From the IMG/VR virus record IMGVR_UViG_3300020419_001178, positions 32,001 through 96,000 of that record: DNA of 64,000 nucleotides. One strand, given 5' to 3'. Source of the stretch: a virus. Below the pieces are notes generated by a model. It had not been told where the DNA came from. It saw only the letters and a program-made list of their open reading frames with translations, and did no database searches. The position numbers and the translations under genes are program-made. The number at the start of each line of letters is the position of its first letter. The first letter of the stretch is position 1. Shown one piece after another: positions 18,830-28,022 of this stretch.

Positions 18830-20186
18830 TTTTTATTTCCTTGTAAAATTCTTTGTATTCTGGAAATGTTTTTACAAAATTTAGATCTCTTCTTTTGTCA
18901 TATTCATTAACAAATTTGTAAAACAACTTTTGTGATTGTCTTTGCTCTTCTTTAAATTCTTTGTTTTTAAATCTATACAAAACGTCAGCTATAATTCTTT
19001 TTAGCTTGGCTGTTTCTATATCTCCAAAGCCACCAAGATTAGTATTTTCAATCATAAAATCTACTGCTGGAATTAAATGTGTTTTAACCAATTCTTCACT
19101 TGCTACTTTTACATCTAAAAATCCAGGATTACGCACATACGGAATATCAACCTTTATTCTATGATCTTCTCGGTGTTTCCTATAATATGTAGTTTTAAGA
19201 TGTAATATCCAGATTAAAAAATTTTTAAATGTTGGTAAACTTAAAATATTAAAGGCACTCATAAAGCTGATTCTACTGTTTGTATTCCTAGCAAAATATT
19301 CAATATTATCCTTAAACAAATACCAATCCATACCATAACGACTATATTCTGCTTGAGCTCCACTGCTTTCCGCACTTGTAAATAACGTAAACTGTTTAAT
19401 ACTTTTTTTATTTTCTAATTCATTAATACTTTTAGTAAATTTTTTCCATAAATCTTTTGGAGGACATCCATTAGAATTAATAGCAAAATCCAAATGCGGT
19501 TGTGGATTTTCAATCAAATAATTAATAACCTTTTGTGTATGCTTACTCAACAATGGTTCACCACCTGTGATCCTAAAAACTTTCATATGTTTTACTGCTT
19601 CAGGAAACCATTTCCAAAATGCTTCTATATAAGGATTGTGTTCTCTTTCGAGTATTTGTACTTCTTCAGGATCTATAGCATTATATTTCCATATTCCTAA
19701 ATCGTAATGTCCTTCTTGTTTTACTTCTTCTGCCCATTTACTGCTAAAGGCAGGCCCACAGTAAGAACATTTAAAATTACATACATTGCTAAAACTTATT
19801 TCAACATATCTAGGATAAAAGTCTTCATGACCTGTTGAGTTAGAGATACTATCAAAATCATCCCAACTAAAGTGATCAGCACTTTTGTATATTCTATCAC
19901 TAAATTTATCGGTGTTATCTTCAATTCTCCAACAGTAATCACATTCCTCAGGACGTTCATTATTGAGCATTCTACGTCTTGTATTTTTTTTAAACTCTGT
20001 ATTATGTAAAACGTTTGGATTATTTTTTAAATCATCTAAAGGAATCTTGTGAGCTTTGACATGATGACAACTATGGTTTATTCCTGACCCTAAGTGTATG
20101 GTTACCTGTGTCCATTTTGCTAAACAAAATCCACAACCTACTTCATTAAGTTTATCTTTTACTTCAGCCGGATTAGCTCTTATCAT
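18822..20186 (-). CDS. radical SAM protein with N-terminal twitch-like Cys domain
   Basis: CLAKW...SCHH...CDYCW followed by CNFKCSYC, ITGGEPLL, NSNG. Confidence 0.88.
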   Translation of the reverse strand: MIRANPAEVKDKLNEVGCGFCLAKWTQVTIHLGSGINHSCHHVKAHKIPLDDLKNNPNVLHNTEFKKNTRRRMLNNERPEECDYCWRIEDNTDKFSDRIYKSADHFSWDDFDSISNSTGHEDFYPRYVEISFSNVCNFKCSYCGPAFSSKWAEEVKQEGHYDLGIWKYNAIDPEEVQILEREHNPYIEAFWKWFPEAVKHMKVFRITGGEPLLSKHTQKVINYLIENPQPHLDFAINSNGCPPKDLWKKFTKSINELENKKSIKQFTLFTSAESSGAQAEYSRYGMDWYLFKDNIEYFARNTNSRISFMSAFNILSLPTFKNFLIWILHLKTTYYRKHREDHRIKVDIPYVRNPGFLDVKVASEELVKTHLIPAVDFMIENTNLGGFGDIETAKLKRIIADVLYRFKNKEFKEEQRQSQKLFYKFVNEYDKRRDLNFVKTFPEYKEFYKEIKNA

Positions 20187-21082
20187 GATATAAATGATCT
20201 ACCATAATTTTGATTGACAGTTTTAAAAAATGTGCTTTGTTCTTCGTTTAACTGTAATACAGAAATAGGTAGCTGTAGTTGATTTATCAATTCAGTTCCT
20301 AAATTCCATATTTCGTTGTGTAGAATATCACCAGGTAACTCATCTCGGTTACCCCAAATTTCTTCTAAATGGTCGAAGTCTCTTACATTTATATAATCCC
20401 AGTCTGTGAGTAATGTCATTTGTAAGCCTTCTCTTGCTCCGTATATTGCCCAATCTCCGTTTTCAACATCACTACCAACCATAGTCCAGATGTAAAGCAT
20501 GTTTAAGTTCTTTGGATGACCTTGTAAAAATTGTTCATGTGTAGGTCTTACTCCTCTATCTGTAGCTAATTTTACTCCTTCTCTAAATCCTGCTCTCCAT
20601 GCTTGTTTAGGAGTAGTGTTGTTATGTGTCAAACTAAAACAGCTATTCTGTTGGATATATCGTGCGTCCCAACAAAAATCTACCTTAGCATGGATATTAT
20701 CAGGATCAGCATTTTCATGTGTTTTCATGTTTAGAACATATTCTTTAGGCCAGCACTTTAGACCTCCGTTTCCATACATCAGTCCATTAATAACATTTTT
20801 GCCACACCAGCTTATAACACTATTAGACAAGTTTTCATTCTCTTCAAGGTCTATTACTTGATCTAAAAATTCTTGCTTTATAGTATTATCGCCATCTACA
20901 GTTATAAATCTATCAGTTTCACTTAATTTAGCACAGGCTTTATGTGCCGCATCGGACCCTTTTATCCCATGTACACGTTTGGCCCAAGGAACCTTGGTCA
21001 ATAAGTCTGCGTAATTTTTTTCAGCATTTGGTTCATCATAACTTAAAAAAATTATATCTAGTTCTGCTATTTTAATTTTCAT
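20183..21082 (-). CDS. GT-A-fold glycosyltransferase-like protein
   Basis: DIIFLSYDEP, TVDGDN, YGNGGLK, WRAGFREG. Confidence 0.65.
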   Translation of the reverse strand: MKIKIAELDIIFLSYDEPNAEKNYADLLTKVPWAKRVHGIKGSDAAHKACAKLSETDRFITVDGDNTIKQEFLDQVIDLEENENLSNSVISWCGKNVINGLMYGNGGLKCWPKEYVLNMKTHENADPDNIHAKVDFCWDARYIQQNSCFSLTHNNTTPKQAWRAGFREGVKLATDRGVRPTHEQFLQGHPKNLNMLYIWTMVGSDVENGDWAIYGAREGLQMTLLTDWDYINVRDFDHLEEIWGNRDELPGDILHNEIWNLGTELINQLQLPISVLQLNEEQSTFFKTVNQNYGRSFIS

Positions 21083-21249
21083 AAATCACCTCTTATCACA
21101 CTATCTCCAAACATTAAATATATTAACGTTTCGTATTTTTCGTCTATTTCAACCCATAATTCTCCTACGAATTCATTTGTAAAAGCTCTACAAGGAAATG
21201 CTTTTTGAATTCCGTAATATGGTCCAAGATGTTTACAAATAATTTTCAT
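21079..21249 (-). CDS. small hypothetical protein (56 aa; not in ORF track)
   Basis: Translated by hand as MKIICKHLGPYYGIQKAFPC...VIRGDL*; it fills the gap and has an ATGA overlap with the next gene. Confidence 0.65.
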   Translation of the reverse strand: MKIICKHLGPYYGIQKAFPCRAFTNEFVGELWVEIDEKYETLIYLMFGDSVIRGDL

Positions 21250-21760
21250 TAGTTTCTCTGGTTACACAATCAGCGAATACATTTTTTGTATATACGCTGT
21301 AAGTTTCAATGTTATTGAAAGGAAACATTTCTTTTGATCCTATCTTAAAAGTAAAAGTATTTAACAAGTAATGTGGGTCTCCTTTTTTTGTAACATAAAA
21401 AGTTATTTCATTTAAGTTCTTTGGTGTGTCTAATGTTTTAACATAACACTTGTTCCTACTTCTATCAACAACAAATTCTATGTCATGGAATTCATCTTTG
21501 GGTTTATATAATTCATTAAGCAAAAAAGTCTGTTGTTCTTGATCAACATTTTTCTTTAATTCAAAGGATTTATTTCTTTTATTATACTGGACTGCCCAAT
21601 TTATAAAATTCTCTTTAAGCGTTTGAAATGGTTTAGCTTGATCATCAGTAATTTCAATATGTTCATAATTAGAATTAATATTAGGACCTATACTAAAAAT
21701 TTCTCCGCTTTCCTTATTGAAGCAAACGTATTGTTGTGTTTTCACTTTGATATCAGCCAT
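21233..21760 (-). CDS. hypothetical protein
   Basis: 175-aa operonic ORF. Confidence 0.7.
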   Translation of the reverse strand: MADIKVKTQQYVCFNKESGEIFSIGPNINSNYEHIEITDDQAKPFQTLKENFINWAVQYNKRNKSFELKKNVDQEQQTFLLNELYKPKDEFHDIEFVVDRSRNKCYVKTLDTPKNLNEITFYVTKKGDPHYLLNTFTFKIGSKEMFPFNNIETYSVYTKNVFADCVTRETNENYL

Positions 21761-22553
21761 ATGCTTTTTCTAACCTTTCACAAAAGCTATTTTCAGTATA
21801 ATGTAATATTCCATGTTGTAAATAGTTACCTATCTTAAGTTGCTTATCATTGTTAAAATAATAGGGTATAGATTCAGTCCAATCTTGTTGTGCTACTTGC
21901 CAATCCTGTACTTGCGACTTCATATGAACAAAACTTGCGGGAGCAAATATATAATTTTCTATATTCTCGTCTAATAAAGTAATGGCATGATTAAGATCCA
22001 TACTGCTAACCTTAGGAGTTAGTTTCGGAGTATATATTTTGTAATAATCTTTATAATTTCTACAAACATGTTCTAGTTTTAAGTAATATTTCAAAGCTAC
22101 ATCATTTTGTTGGAAGTAATGAAAAGCACAGTATACATTAGGAATATTATTTTCAACAAATGTTTTCCTATAATAGTTGTTTGTTACTAATTTGTTTTTA
22201 TATGTTCTAACATTACTTGTAAAACATACGTCATAATTACTCAAATAATTCCACCAATGGCTAATATCGCTTAAGAATAGCATGTCCGTATCTAGTAATA
22301 CTGTTTCTTTGTAAGGTGTACTGTGAAAAGCCTTCCATCTAATATCTGTTCTATAAAAATCAACTTTATTTCTATCCGAAATTGGAATATCTATAATTTT
22401 ATCAAATACATCCGTATATTCATCTGGAACCTTATCTCCAGTTAGTAGAGAAACATTGTTAATTGTTTGGGTATGTTTAATACTTTTAGCACAAAGGTAA
22501 GCCTGTTTTATATATTCAGTACCTGTCGCTATAATTATATAACCTTTAGACAT
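21753..22553 (-). CDS. glycosyltransferase-like (GT-A, GT8-like) protein
   Basis: GYIIIA, VFDKII, TPYKETVLLDTDMLF (DxD), FVHMK. Confidence 0.7.
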   Translation of the reverse strand: MSKGYIIIATGTEYIKQAYLCAKSIKHTQTINNVSLLTGDKVPDEYTDVFDKIIDIPISDRNKVDFYRTDIRWKAFHSTPYKETVLLDTDMLFLSDISHWWNYLSNYDVCFTSNVRTYKNKLVTNNYYRKTFVENNIPNVYCAFHYFQQNDVALKYYLKLEHVCRNYKDYYKIYTPKLTPKVSSMDLNHAITLLDENIENYIFAPASFVHMKSQVQDWQVAQQDWTESIPYYFNNDKQLKIGNYLQHGILHYTENSFCERLEKAYG

Positions 22554-23376
22554 TCAAATGTCTTTCCAAACTAAACTTATTCATCACATGAATATTCATA
22601 TCTTTGACAGTAGATAGTATGTACTCATTTGTTATATTTTGTTTTTGCGTCAAAAATGTTAAAGTGTCATCTTTAATCTTATGTAATACATCTCTATCTA
22701 ATGTGTAATACATTTTTCCAGGTAGTGACTTTGTCCAGGAACCTTCTTCAAATCCATTCATAATGTGTATACCTATACTAAAAAGATGATCATTTCTAAA
22801 ATTGCGACTTCCTAAATCGTACACATCACTATAGTATTTCCAATTATCGTAAAGATGTTTTAACAGATCAAAAAATATCTTGTTTTCTTTACTCTTAGTA
22901 AAATAAAAACAAGTAGCCCAATAGAAAGGAATTCCTTTATCGTTTATATAATCAAATTCACTGTAGTTTCTCCATTGGCATAAGTCTACTCCGTGTTTGT
23001 AAATCTGAAAATCATAATCTAAGTCAAAAGCATGTTTAAAATTATCATTACAAATTATATAATCTGTATCTAATACTAATGTTTTGTCATATGGGCTTAG
23101 ATAATACGCATTATGTCTTTCGTTATTTTTAAAATGTAGGCTTTGAGAATAACCAAACCCGTCATTATATCGTTTTTGATTATCCTGTGCGTCATTTATT
23201 GTTATAATTTTATCAAAGACATCGTGATACTGTAAATCTATTTTATCAAATGTAGATGTTACTAAAGACACAGGTAAATTTAAATGCCTTTTTGAACGAT
23301 AGGCAAGTTCTATTGCTTGTTTTATATAATCAATAGAACCATTATTGTTAGCAAAACAGATAATTCCATTAGACAT
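22546..23376 (-). CDS. glycosyltransferase-like (GT-A, GT8-like) protein
   Basis: GIICFA, VFDKII, SPYDKTLVLDTDY (DxD), FRND; paralogue of the neighbouring gene. Confidence 0.7.
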   Translation of the reverse strand: MSNGIICFANNNGSIDYIKQAIELAYRSKRHLNLPVSLVTSTFDKIDLQYHDVFDKIITINDAQDNQKRYNDGFGYSQSLHFKNNERHNAYYLSPYDKTLVLDTDYIICNDNFKHAFDLDYDFQIYKHGVDLCQWRNYSEFDYINDKGIPFYWATCFYFTKSKENKIFFDLLKHLYDNWKYYSDVYDLGSRNFRNDHLFSIGIHIMNGFEEGSWTKSLPGKMYYTLDRDVLHKIKDDTLTFLTQKQNITNEYILSTVKDMNIHVMNKFSLERHLNV

Positions 23377-23713
23377 CTACTAAACCTTTTACACTACGTC
23401 TAGTACTAAGAATCTTATAATCTTCGTTATACTGATTTGTTGCTTCAGTGTATTTCTGAATCAATGCCTCAGTAAAATCATTAAGGTCATTAATCTCAAT
23501 AGGAGTTTGGTTATCATCAACTATAATAGTTTTAGTAGTTTTATTTAAAAGCATAGAACAGAAGTTTAACATCTCTCTGTTTGCTGTAAACGTTCCACCA
23601 AGATAGTAAATAATTAGGTTTTCTTGATACTTTTCGGACAGAATTCTCTTTTGATTATTCAGTGTTACAGAATAATTCGAAAACTCTAACGCTTTTTCAA
23701 GAGATTCTTCCAT
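23369..23713 (-). CDS. hypothetical protein
   Basis: 114-aa ORF with a GGAG RBS and TAAATA at 23740-23745. Confidence 0.75.
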   Translation of the reverse strand: MEESLEKALEFSNYSVTLNNQKRILSEKYQENLIIYYLGGTFTANREMLNFCSMLLNKTTKTIIVDDNQTPIEINDLNDFTEALIQKYTEATNQYNEDYKILSTRRSVKGLVDV

Positions 23714-23748
23714 AATTATACTCCTAGTTAATGTATAACTATTTAATC

Positions 23749-24663
23749 TTACAGAGCGTTGGTGGTATTGAAAGTTGGCGCCGGTATATTGACGCTGTTA
23801 ATGTTATTTGGTCTGTTTTGTTGTGCTGTGCTTGACGTTGTTGCTGTTACTGCCTCATCAAAATTTGGATTTGGACCTTTATCTTCATTAAATGTAACTT
23901 TGAAATATAAAACAGCCGAACTTTTGTATGCCTCTATTAAATAATCATTGGCACTATACGCACTTGCTGTTTTATTAAAAATGGTTACATAAGATCCTGG
24001 CAAATTGTTATAACCATAACTAGTTCCAACCGAACCGTTACTTGTAGAACTCCTACCAAAAACCACTGTACCAACTGATGACATCAAACTTCGCCAGTCA
24101 TTGTTAATTGGAGTATTTCCCGATCCAATTACACCACTTAAATTAATAGTTCCGCCAGCATTAAAAAATATTCGCATATGATCAATACCACTAATCGTAG
24201 TTTGACTTCCATCTCCGTTAGTAACAGAGTATCCACCGAATGTAACAGTAAAATAATGATCAATATCAGTTGACCAAGATGCTGATCTTGAACTTGTTAC
24301 TCCTGATTCTAATCCTAATTGGCTTGCCGCAACACTTAATCTAGATGCCTGTGCTGTAATACTTAATGATTCGTACTGAGCATATCCTTCTTTTGATGTT
24401 GCGTTAGAATCTTCAACTGTATCGCCTACTGAAGGAGGAGCAACCTCGCTTGGTAAACTTCCTGTTTGGTGAATTCTAATTTTTGTCAGGTCTGTGTCTA
24501 GGTTGACCATATCTTGAGCTGTAACTGTGTTACCTACTACAACAGTTTGACTGGTTACTGCTTGTCCGTATCCTTCGTCTCCTGCTCCTAATCCTAAAAC
24601 TGCCGCTACTCTTGCTCTAATATTGTTATATCGTGCCGCGGTAATTGTATCGCCTACTGCCAT
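23749..24663 (-). CDS. virion structural protein (tail-associated)
   Basis: S/T/G-rich, MAVGDTITAARYN start, FFNAGG motif, tail-module context. Confidence 0.7.
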   Translation of the reverse strand: MAVGDTITAARYNNIRARVAAVLGLGAGDEGYGQAVTSQTVVVGNTVTAQDMVNLDTDLTKIRIHQTGSLPSEVAPPSVGDTVEDSNATSKEGYAQYESLSITAQASRLSVAASQLGLESGVTSSRSASWSTDIDHYFTVTFGGYSVTNGDGSQTTISGIDHMRIFFNAGGTINLSGVIGSGNTPINNDWRSLMSSVGTVVFGRSSTSNGSVGTSYGYNNLPGSYVTIFNKTASAYSANDYLIEAYKSSAVLYFKVTFNEDKGPNPNFDEAVTATTSSTAQQNRPNNINSVNIPAPTFNTTNAL

Positions 24664-24679
24664 TTTACTTCCTTATATT

Positions 24680-26158
24680 TTATAACTTCAAAATACATTC
24701 TACTAAAGTTTCTTCGTGTCTGTCATTGCTTTCTAAAGCAATACCTATCATGTCGCCGTTTCCGTCAACACTAGCTGTACCGTTATTAGCAATATATACA
24801 GACTCCCCTTTATTTACCGGACCTGTTATTCTTACAGGTACTCTTCCGACTAAGGCTACTGCTTGTCCTTCAGCTTCTGAATTCATTAAATATGCTGGTT
24901 TCATACTGATCACTCCAATACAAATTGCGTCATCACCTTCACATGCTGTAGCTTCTTTTTCTCCGCCAATCGTAATAAGCGTTCCTACAGGGTAATTTTG
25001 ATCAGTTTCGTATTTTTCAGCCAAGTCAGCATATCTAGCTTGTGTTGAAATACCATTGAAAACGTTTGCGGCTATATTACCACTTGAATCTCTTACTGCT
25101 ACAGTATTATTAGTAGCACTTGTATCACCTGTTCTAAAATTACTACCTACCTGTAAGTTTGTTGCGTTTGTTGCCAATCCAATAAATGAAGTAGCATACA
25201 TTGATCTAAATTTGTAATTGGTATCACCTATGTCATAAGTGGTTGTTGCTGTAGGAATAAGTCCTGCCGCTTGTACATGGAATGGTTCAGTAGTAACACC
25301 ACCACTTGATTTGACTTTAAATCTAATTTTTTGTCCAACTGTGTTATCAATTACTGCTTCGTCACCACTTCCTGATGTATCAATCTTAATTGCTAAATCG
25401 TTAGCATCACCAACTGTTAAACCTGCGTCTGTAAATCTTACAATACTGTTAAAATTTGCCGCACCTGATAAAGCATAATCACTAGCTGGTAAACCGTTTA
25501 ACTTATCTGCGTTAGTTGCTGTGCCGTAAAATCTAAATGTTCCACTTGTTACTCCATCAGTTCCTGATGTAGTATTTCTAAGTGTTAATCCCTGTCTTAC
25601 AACATCAAATCCTGTAATAACATTTTGCGGATCTGTAGCATCTATTGTAAATTCTGAATTACTAATAATAAAGACAACTCCGTCTTCTACAGTACCTTTA
25701 ATAATTGTTCTATTGTTTTGACTAGAGTCTCTAACTTGCCCTGTAACCATAGCAGAAACTGTAGCACCAATACTTTGAGGACCAATTAAAACAAATCCTC
25801 CAGCGGCATTTTGTGCGTATAATTGATTATTTCCACTATCCCACCAAAAATCACCAGTGGTTAATCCTACAGGTTGTGTTCCACTTACTTCTGCTCCACC
25901 TGTAGATCTAAATTTTGTACCATCGTAAAACTTCAGTTTGCTTCCTGAACTATCAAACCAAATCTGTCCTGTTAAGGGTGATGCTGGTTGATTAGCACTT
26001 GAAAAGTTTTCAAGTAAGTGTACAAAGTTTTCGTTTTGTATTTCCCCGTAGCCAGCATAGTTTTTACCAACTAGCTTTAGAGATGTGCTTTGATCAATAG
26101 TACCATCTTCAACAGTTGCTAACTGCGATCCGTTTGTTAAGTTTATTACGTATGCCAT
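24680..26158 (-). CDS. tail fibre-like protein with C-terminal autoproteolytic chaperone-like domain
   Basis: N-terminus shared with neighbours (GKNYAGYGE..NENFVHLLENF); C-terminal YADLAEKY...PAYLMN...VALVGRVPV. Confidence 0.75.
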   Translation of the reverse strand: MAYVINLTNGSQLATVEDGTIDQSTSLKLVGKNYAGYGEIQNENFVHLLENFSSANQPASPLTGQIWFDSSGSKLKFYDGTKFRSTGGAEVSGTQPVGLTTGDFWWDSGNNQLYAQNAAGGFVLIGPQSIGATVSAMVTGQVRDSSQNNRTIIKGTVEDGVVFIISNSEFTIDATDPQNVITGFDVVRQGLTLRNTTSGTDGVTSGTFRFYGTATNADKLNGLPASDYALSGAANFNSIVRFTDAGLTVGDANDLAIKIDTSGSGDEAVIDNTVGQKIRFKVKSSGGVTTEPFHVQAAGLIPTATTTYDIGDTNYKFRSMYATSFIGLATNATNLQVGSNFRTGDTSATNNTVAVRDSSGNIAANVFNGISTQARYADLAEKYETDQNYPVGTLITIGGEKEATACEGDDAICIGVISMKPAYLMNSEAEGQAVALVGRVPVRITGPVNKGESVYIANNGTASVDGNGDMIGIALESNDRHEETLVECILKL

Positions 26159-26183
26159 CTATAACCCCTAATCATGTTATATG

Positions 26184-26191
26184 TATTTATA
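26184..26191 (-). promoter_or_regulatory. late promoter TATAAATA
   Basis: Exact T4 late consensus 25 nt upstream of ATG 26158. Confidence 0.75.
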
Positions 26192-28022
26192 TTAAATTGC
26201 CCGGAGTTAGGTCTTGTACATAACCCCAGCTACCCCCATTTATCCTAAATAATTTTAAAGATCTTTGTACTGTAGATGTAATAGCACCTGTCACATCGTT
26301 AAATGTAGCATCTCCTATTACAGATACACTACCGCTATCACTTCCACCACCATCTAATTGTTGTACAACCACTAAACTTTTGTTGAAACTTGCGTTTAAG
26401 TTTGCCGCTGAAAGCGTTGCTGTAGCGCCAGTAGTGGCTGTACAGTGAACTCTAGCTTCACAACCTTCTACTTTTCCTCCTGCTGGAGCAATATCCTGTA
26501 TAATAGTTGCTATATTAGTATTTAGATTAGCGCCTGAACCTAATCCTGTTATATCTAAAGCCAAAGCAATCACTTCTGTGCCTATAGCTGTATCAACATA
26601 ATTTTTCGTTGTAACGTCAGTTGTTCCTGTAGGGTCTGATACTCCAGTAATTTTTCTTGGAGTAACAAAATTCATATTACCTGCTAGTGTTAAATTTAAA
26701 CCATTTCCACTACCGTCTACAACACCTGTGCTAACTCCTATACCGCCTGTAAAGCTGATGTTTCCAATGTTAGCTGTAGTTAAGTTACCAATAGATGTAA
26801 TACCTGGAGCCTGTGTTCCGTCTATAACATCTACACCGTTATATTTTAATTTACCTGTACCAGTAAAGTTTATACTATTACCTGTAGTCCAAGCGTTTGT
26901 AGATTGTCTCCACAACCATTCTTTATCTCCACCAGATGATTTAACAATAATACCTGCTGAATCTATCTGTGTATCGTTTAACAATGTACTGTCTGAACCT
27001 AATCCTAATTCTATGTTCTTATCTTCAACTCTTAATGTAGCTGAATCTATAGTTGTAGTTGATCCTGCCACTGTTAAATTACCAGAAACTTTTACATCTC
27101 CTGTGACATCTAATGTAGCACTAGGACTTGAATTGTAAATACCAACTTTACTATCTGTAGAATTAATTGTTATAGCATCTCGCTTACCTAAACTAGTAGT
27201 CATTCTAATAATGTAGTTTTCACCACTAACATTATTCTCTGATACAACACCAAGATTAGTTACTTTTAAAACATTGTTATCAGTCAATCCAACTGTAAGT
27301 CCGTTATTGTTTCTTATACTTAAAGCGCCACTTGTAGAATCGTCTGAGTCACTAGCTAAAAACTGTGCCGCTGTTCTAACAACACCCTGTGAATCAACAA
27401 GTGATGATGTTCTAGATGCCGTTCCAGCATACACAAAGTCTGAGTCTACAACGTTAAAACCTTTAACAACGTTTCCTGTGAAACTAGGAATTGTATCAAT
27501 GTTCTGAGGTGTAAAAGCAATTTTACTCCATAGTCCAACAAGTGTTCCTCCAACCCAATACTTTACAATAGTTCTACTTGTACCTGTGTTATCAAGAACA
27601 GTTACAACTTGTGGACCTGATCGTCCTTGGAACGCATTATATATAGGTCCTGCTAGTTCTAAGTCTGTACCATCAAAAAAGTAAAGTTGGTTAGCTTCGT
27701 TGTTTATCCATAAATCTCCAGCAACCATACTAGGCTGTGTTGATTGTACAAGAGGTCCGCCGCCTGTTGTCCAAGCAGTTCCGGTATATACTTTTAATCT
27801 AGATGTAGATGTATCCCACCAAATCTGTCCTGCTAAAGGTGTGCTAGGAGCAGATGAATTAGCAAAGTTTTCTAACAAGTGAACAAAGTTTTCATTTATA
27901 GATTCGCCAAACCCTGCGTAATTTTTTCCAATAAGTGAAATATCAGTTGTTGTAGTATCTATCTGTCCGTCTGCTAGATTAACAAGTAACGTTCCACTAG
28001 TTTTATTAATTTGATATGCCAT
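26187..28022 (-). CDS. tail fibre / baseplate structural protein
   Basis: Paralogous N-terminus, VEDKNIEL and TKNYVD fibre motifs. Confidence 0.75.
   Translation of the reverse strand: MAYQINKTSGTLLVNLADGQIDTTTTDISLIGKNYAGFGESINENFVHLLENFANSSAPSTPLAGQIWWDTSTSRLKVYTGTAWTTGGGPLVQSTQPSMVAGDLWINNEANQLYFFDGTDLELAGPIYNAFQGRSGPQVVTVLDNTGTSRTIVKYWVGGTLVGLWSKIAFTPQNIDTIPSFTGNVVKGFNVVDSDFVYAGTASRTSSLVDSQGVVRTAAQFLASDSDDSTSGALSIRNNNGLTVGLTDNNVLKVTNLGVVSENNVSGENYIIRMTTSLGKRDAITINSTDSKVGIYNSSPSATLDVTGDVKVSGNLTVAGSTTTIDSATLRVEDKNIELGLGSDSTLLNDTQIDSAGIIVKSSGGDKEWLWRQSTNAWTTGNSINFTGTGKLKYNGVDVIDGTQAPGITSIGNLTTANIGNISFTGGIGVSTGVVDGSGNGLNLTLAGNMNFVTPRKITGVSDPTGTTDVTTKNYVDTAIGTEVIALALDITGLGSGANLNTNIATIIQDIAPAGGKVEGCEARVHCTATTGATATLSAANLNASFNKSLVVVQQLDGGGSDSGSVSVIGDATFNDVTGAITSTVQRSLKLFRINGGSWGYVQDLTPGNLI

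Noticed and set aside
3380-20186. 7-deazaguanine or other known DNA-modification cluster
   Set aside because: No FolE, QueC, QueD, DpdA, PurZ or dNMP hydroxymethylase was recognised, and the promoters are late-type. Post-replicative DNA modification is not excluded
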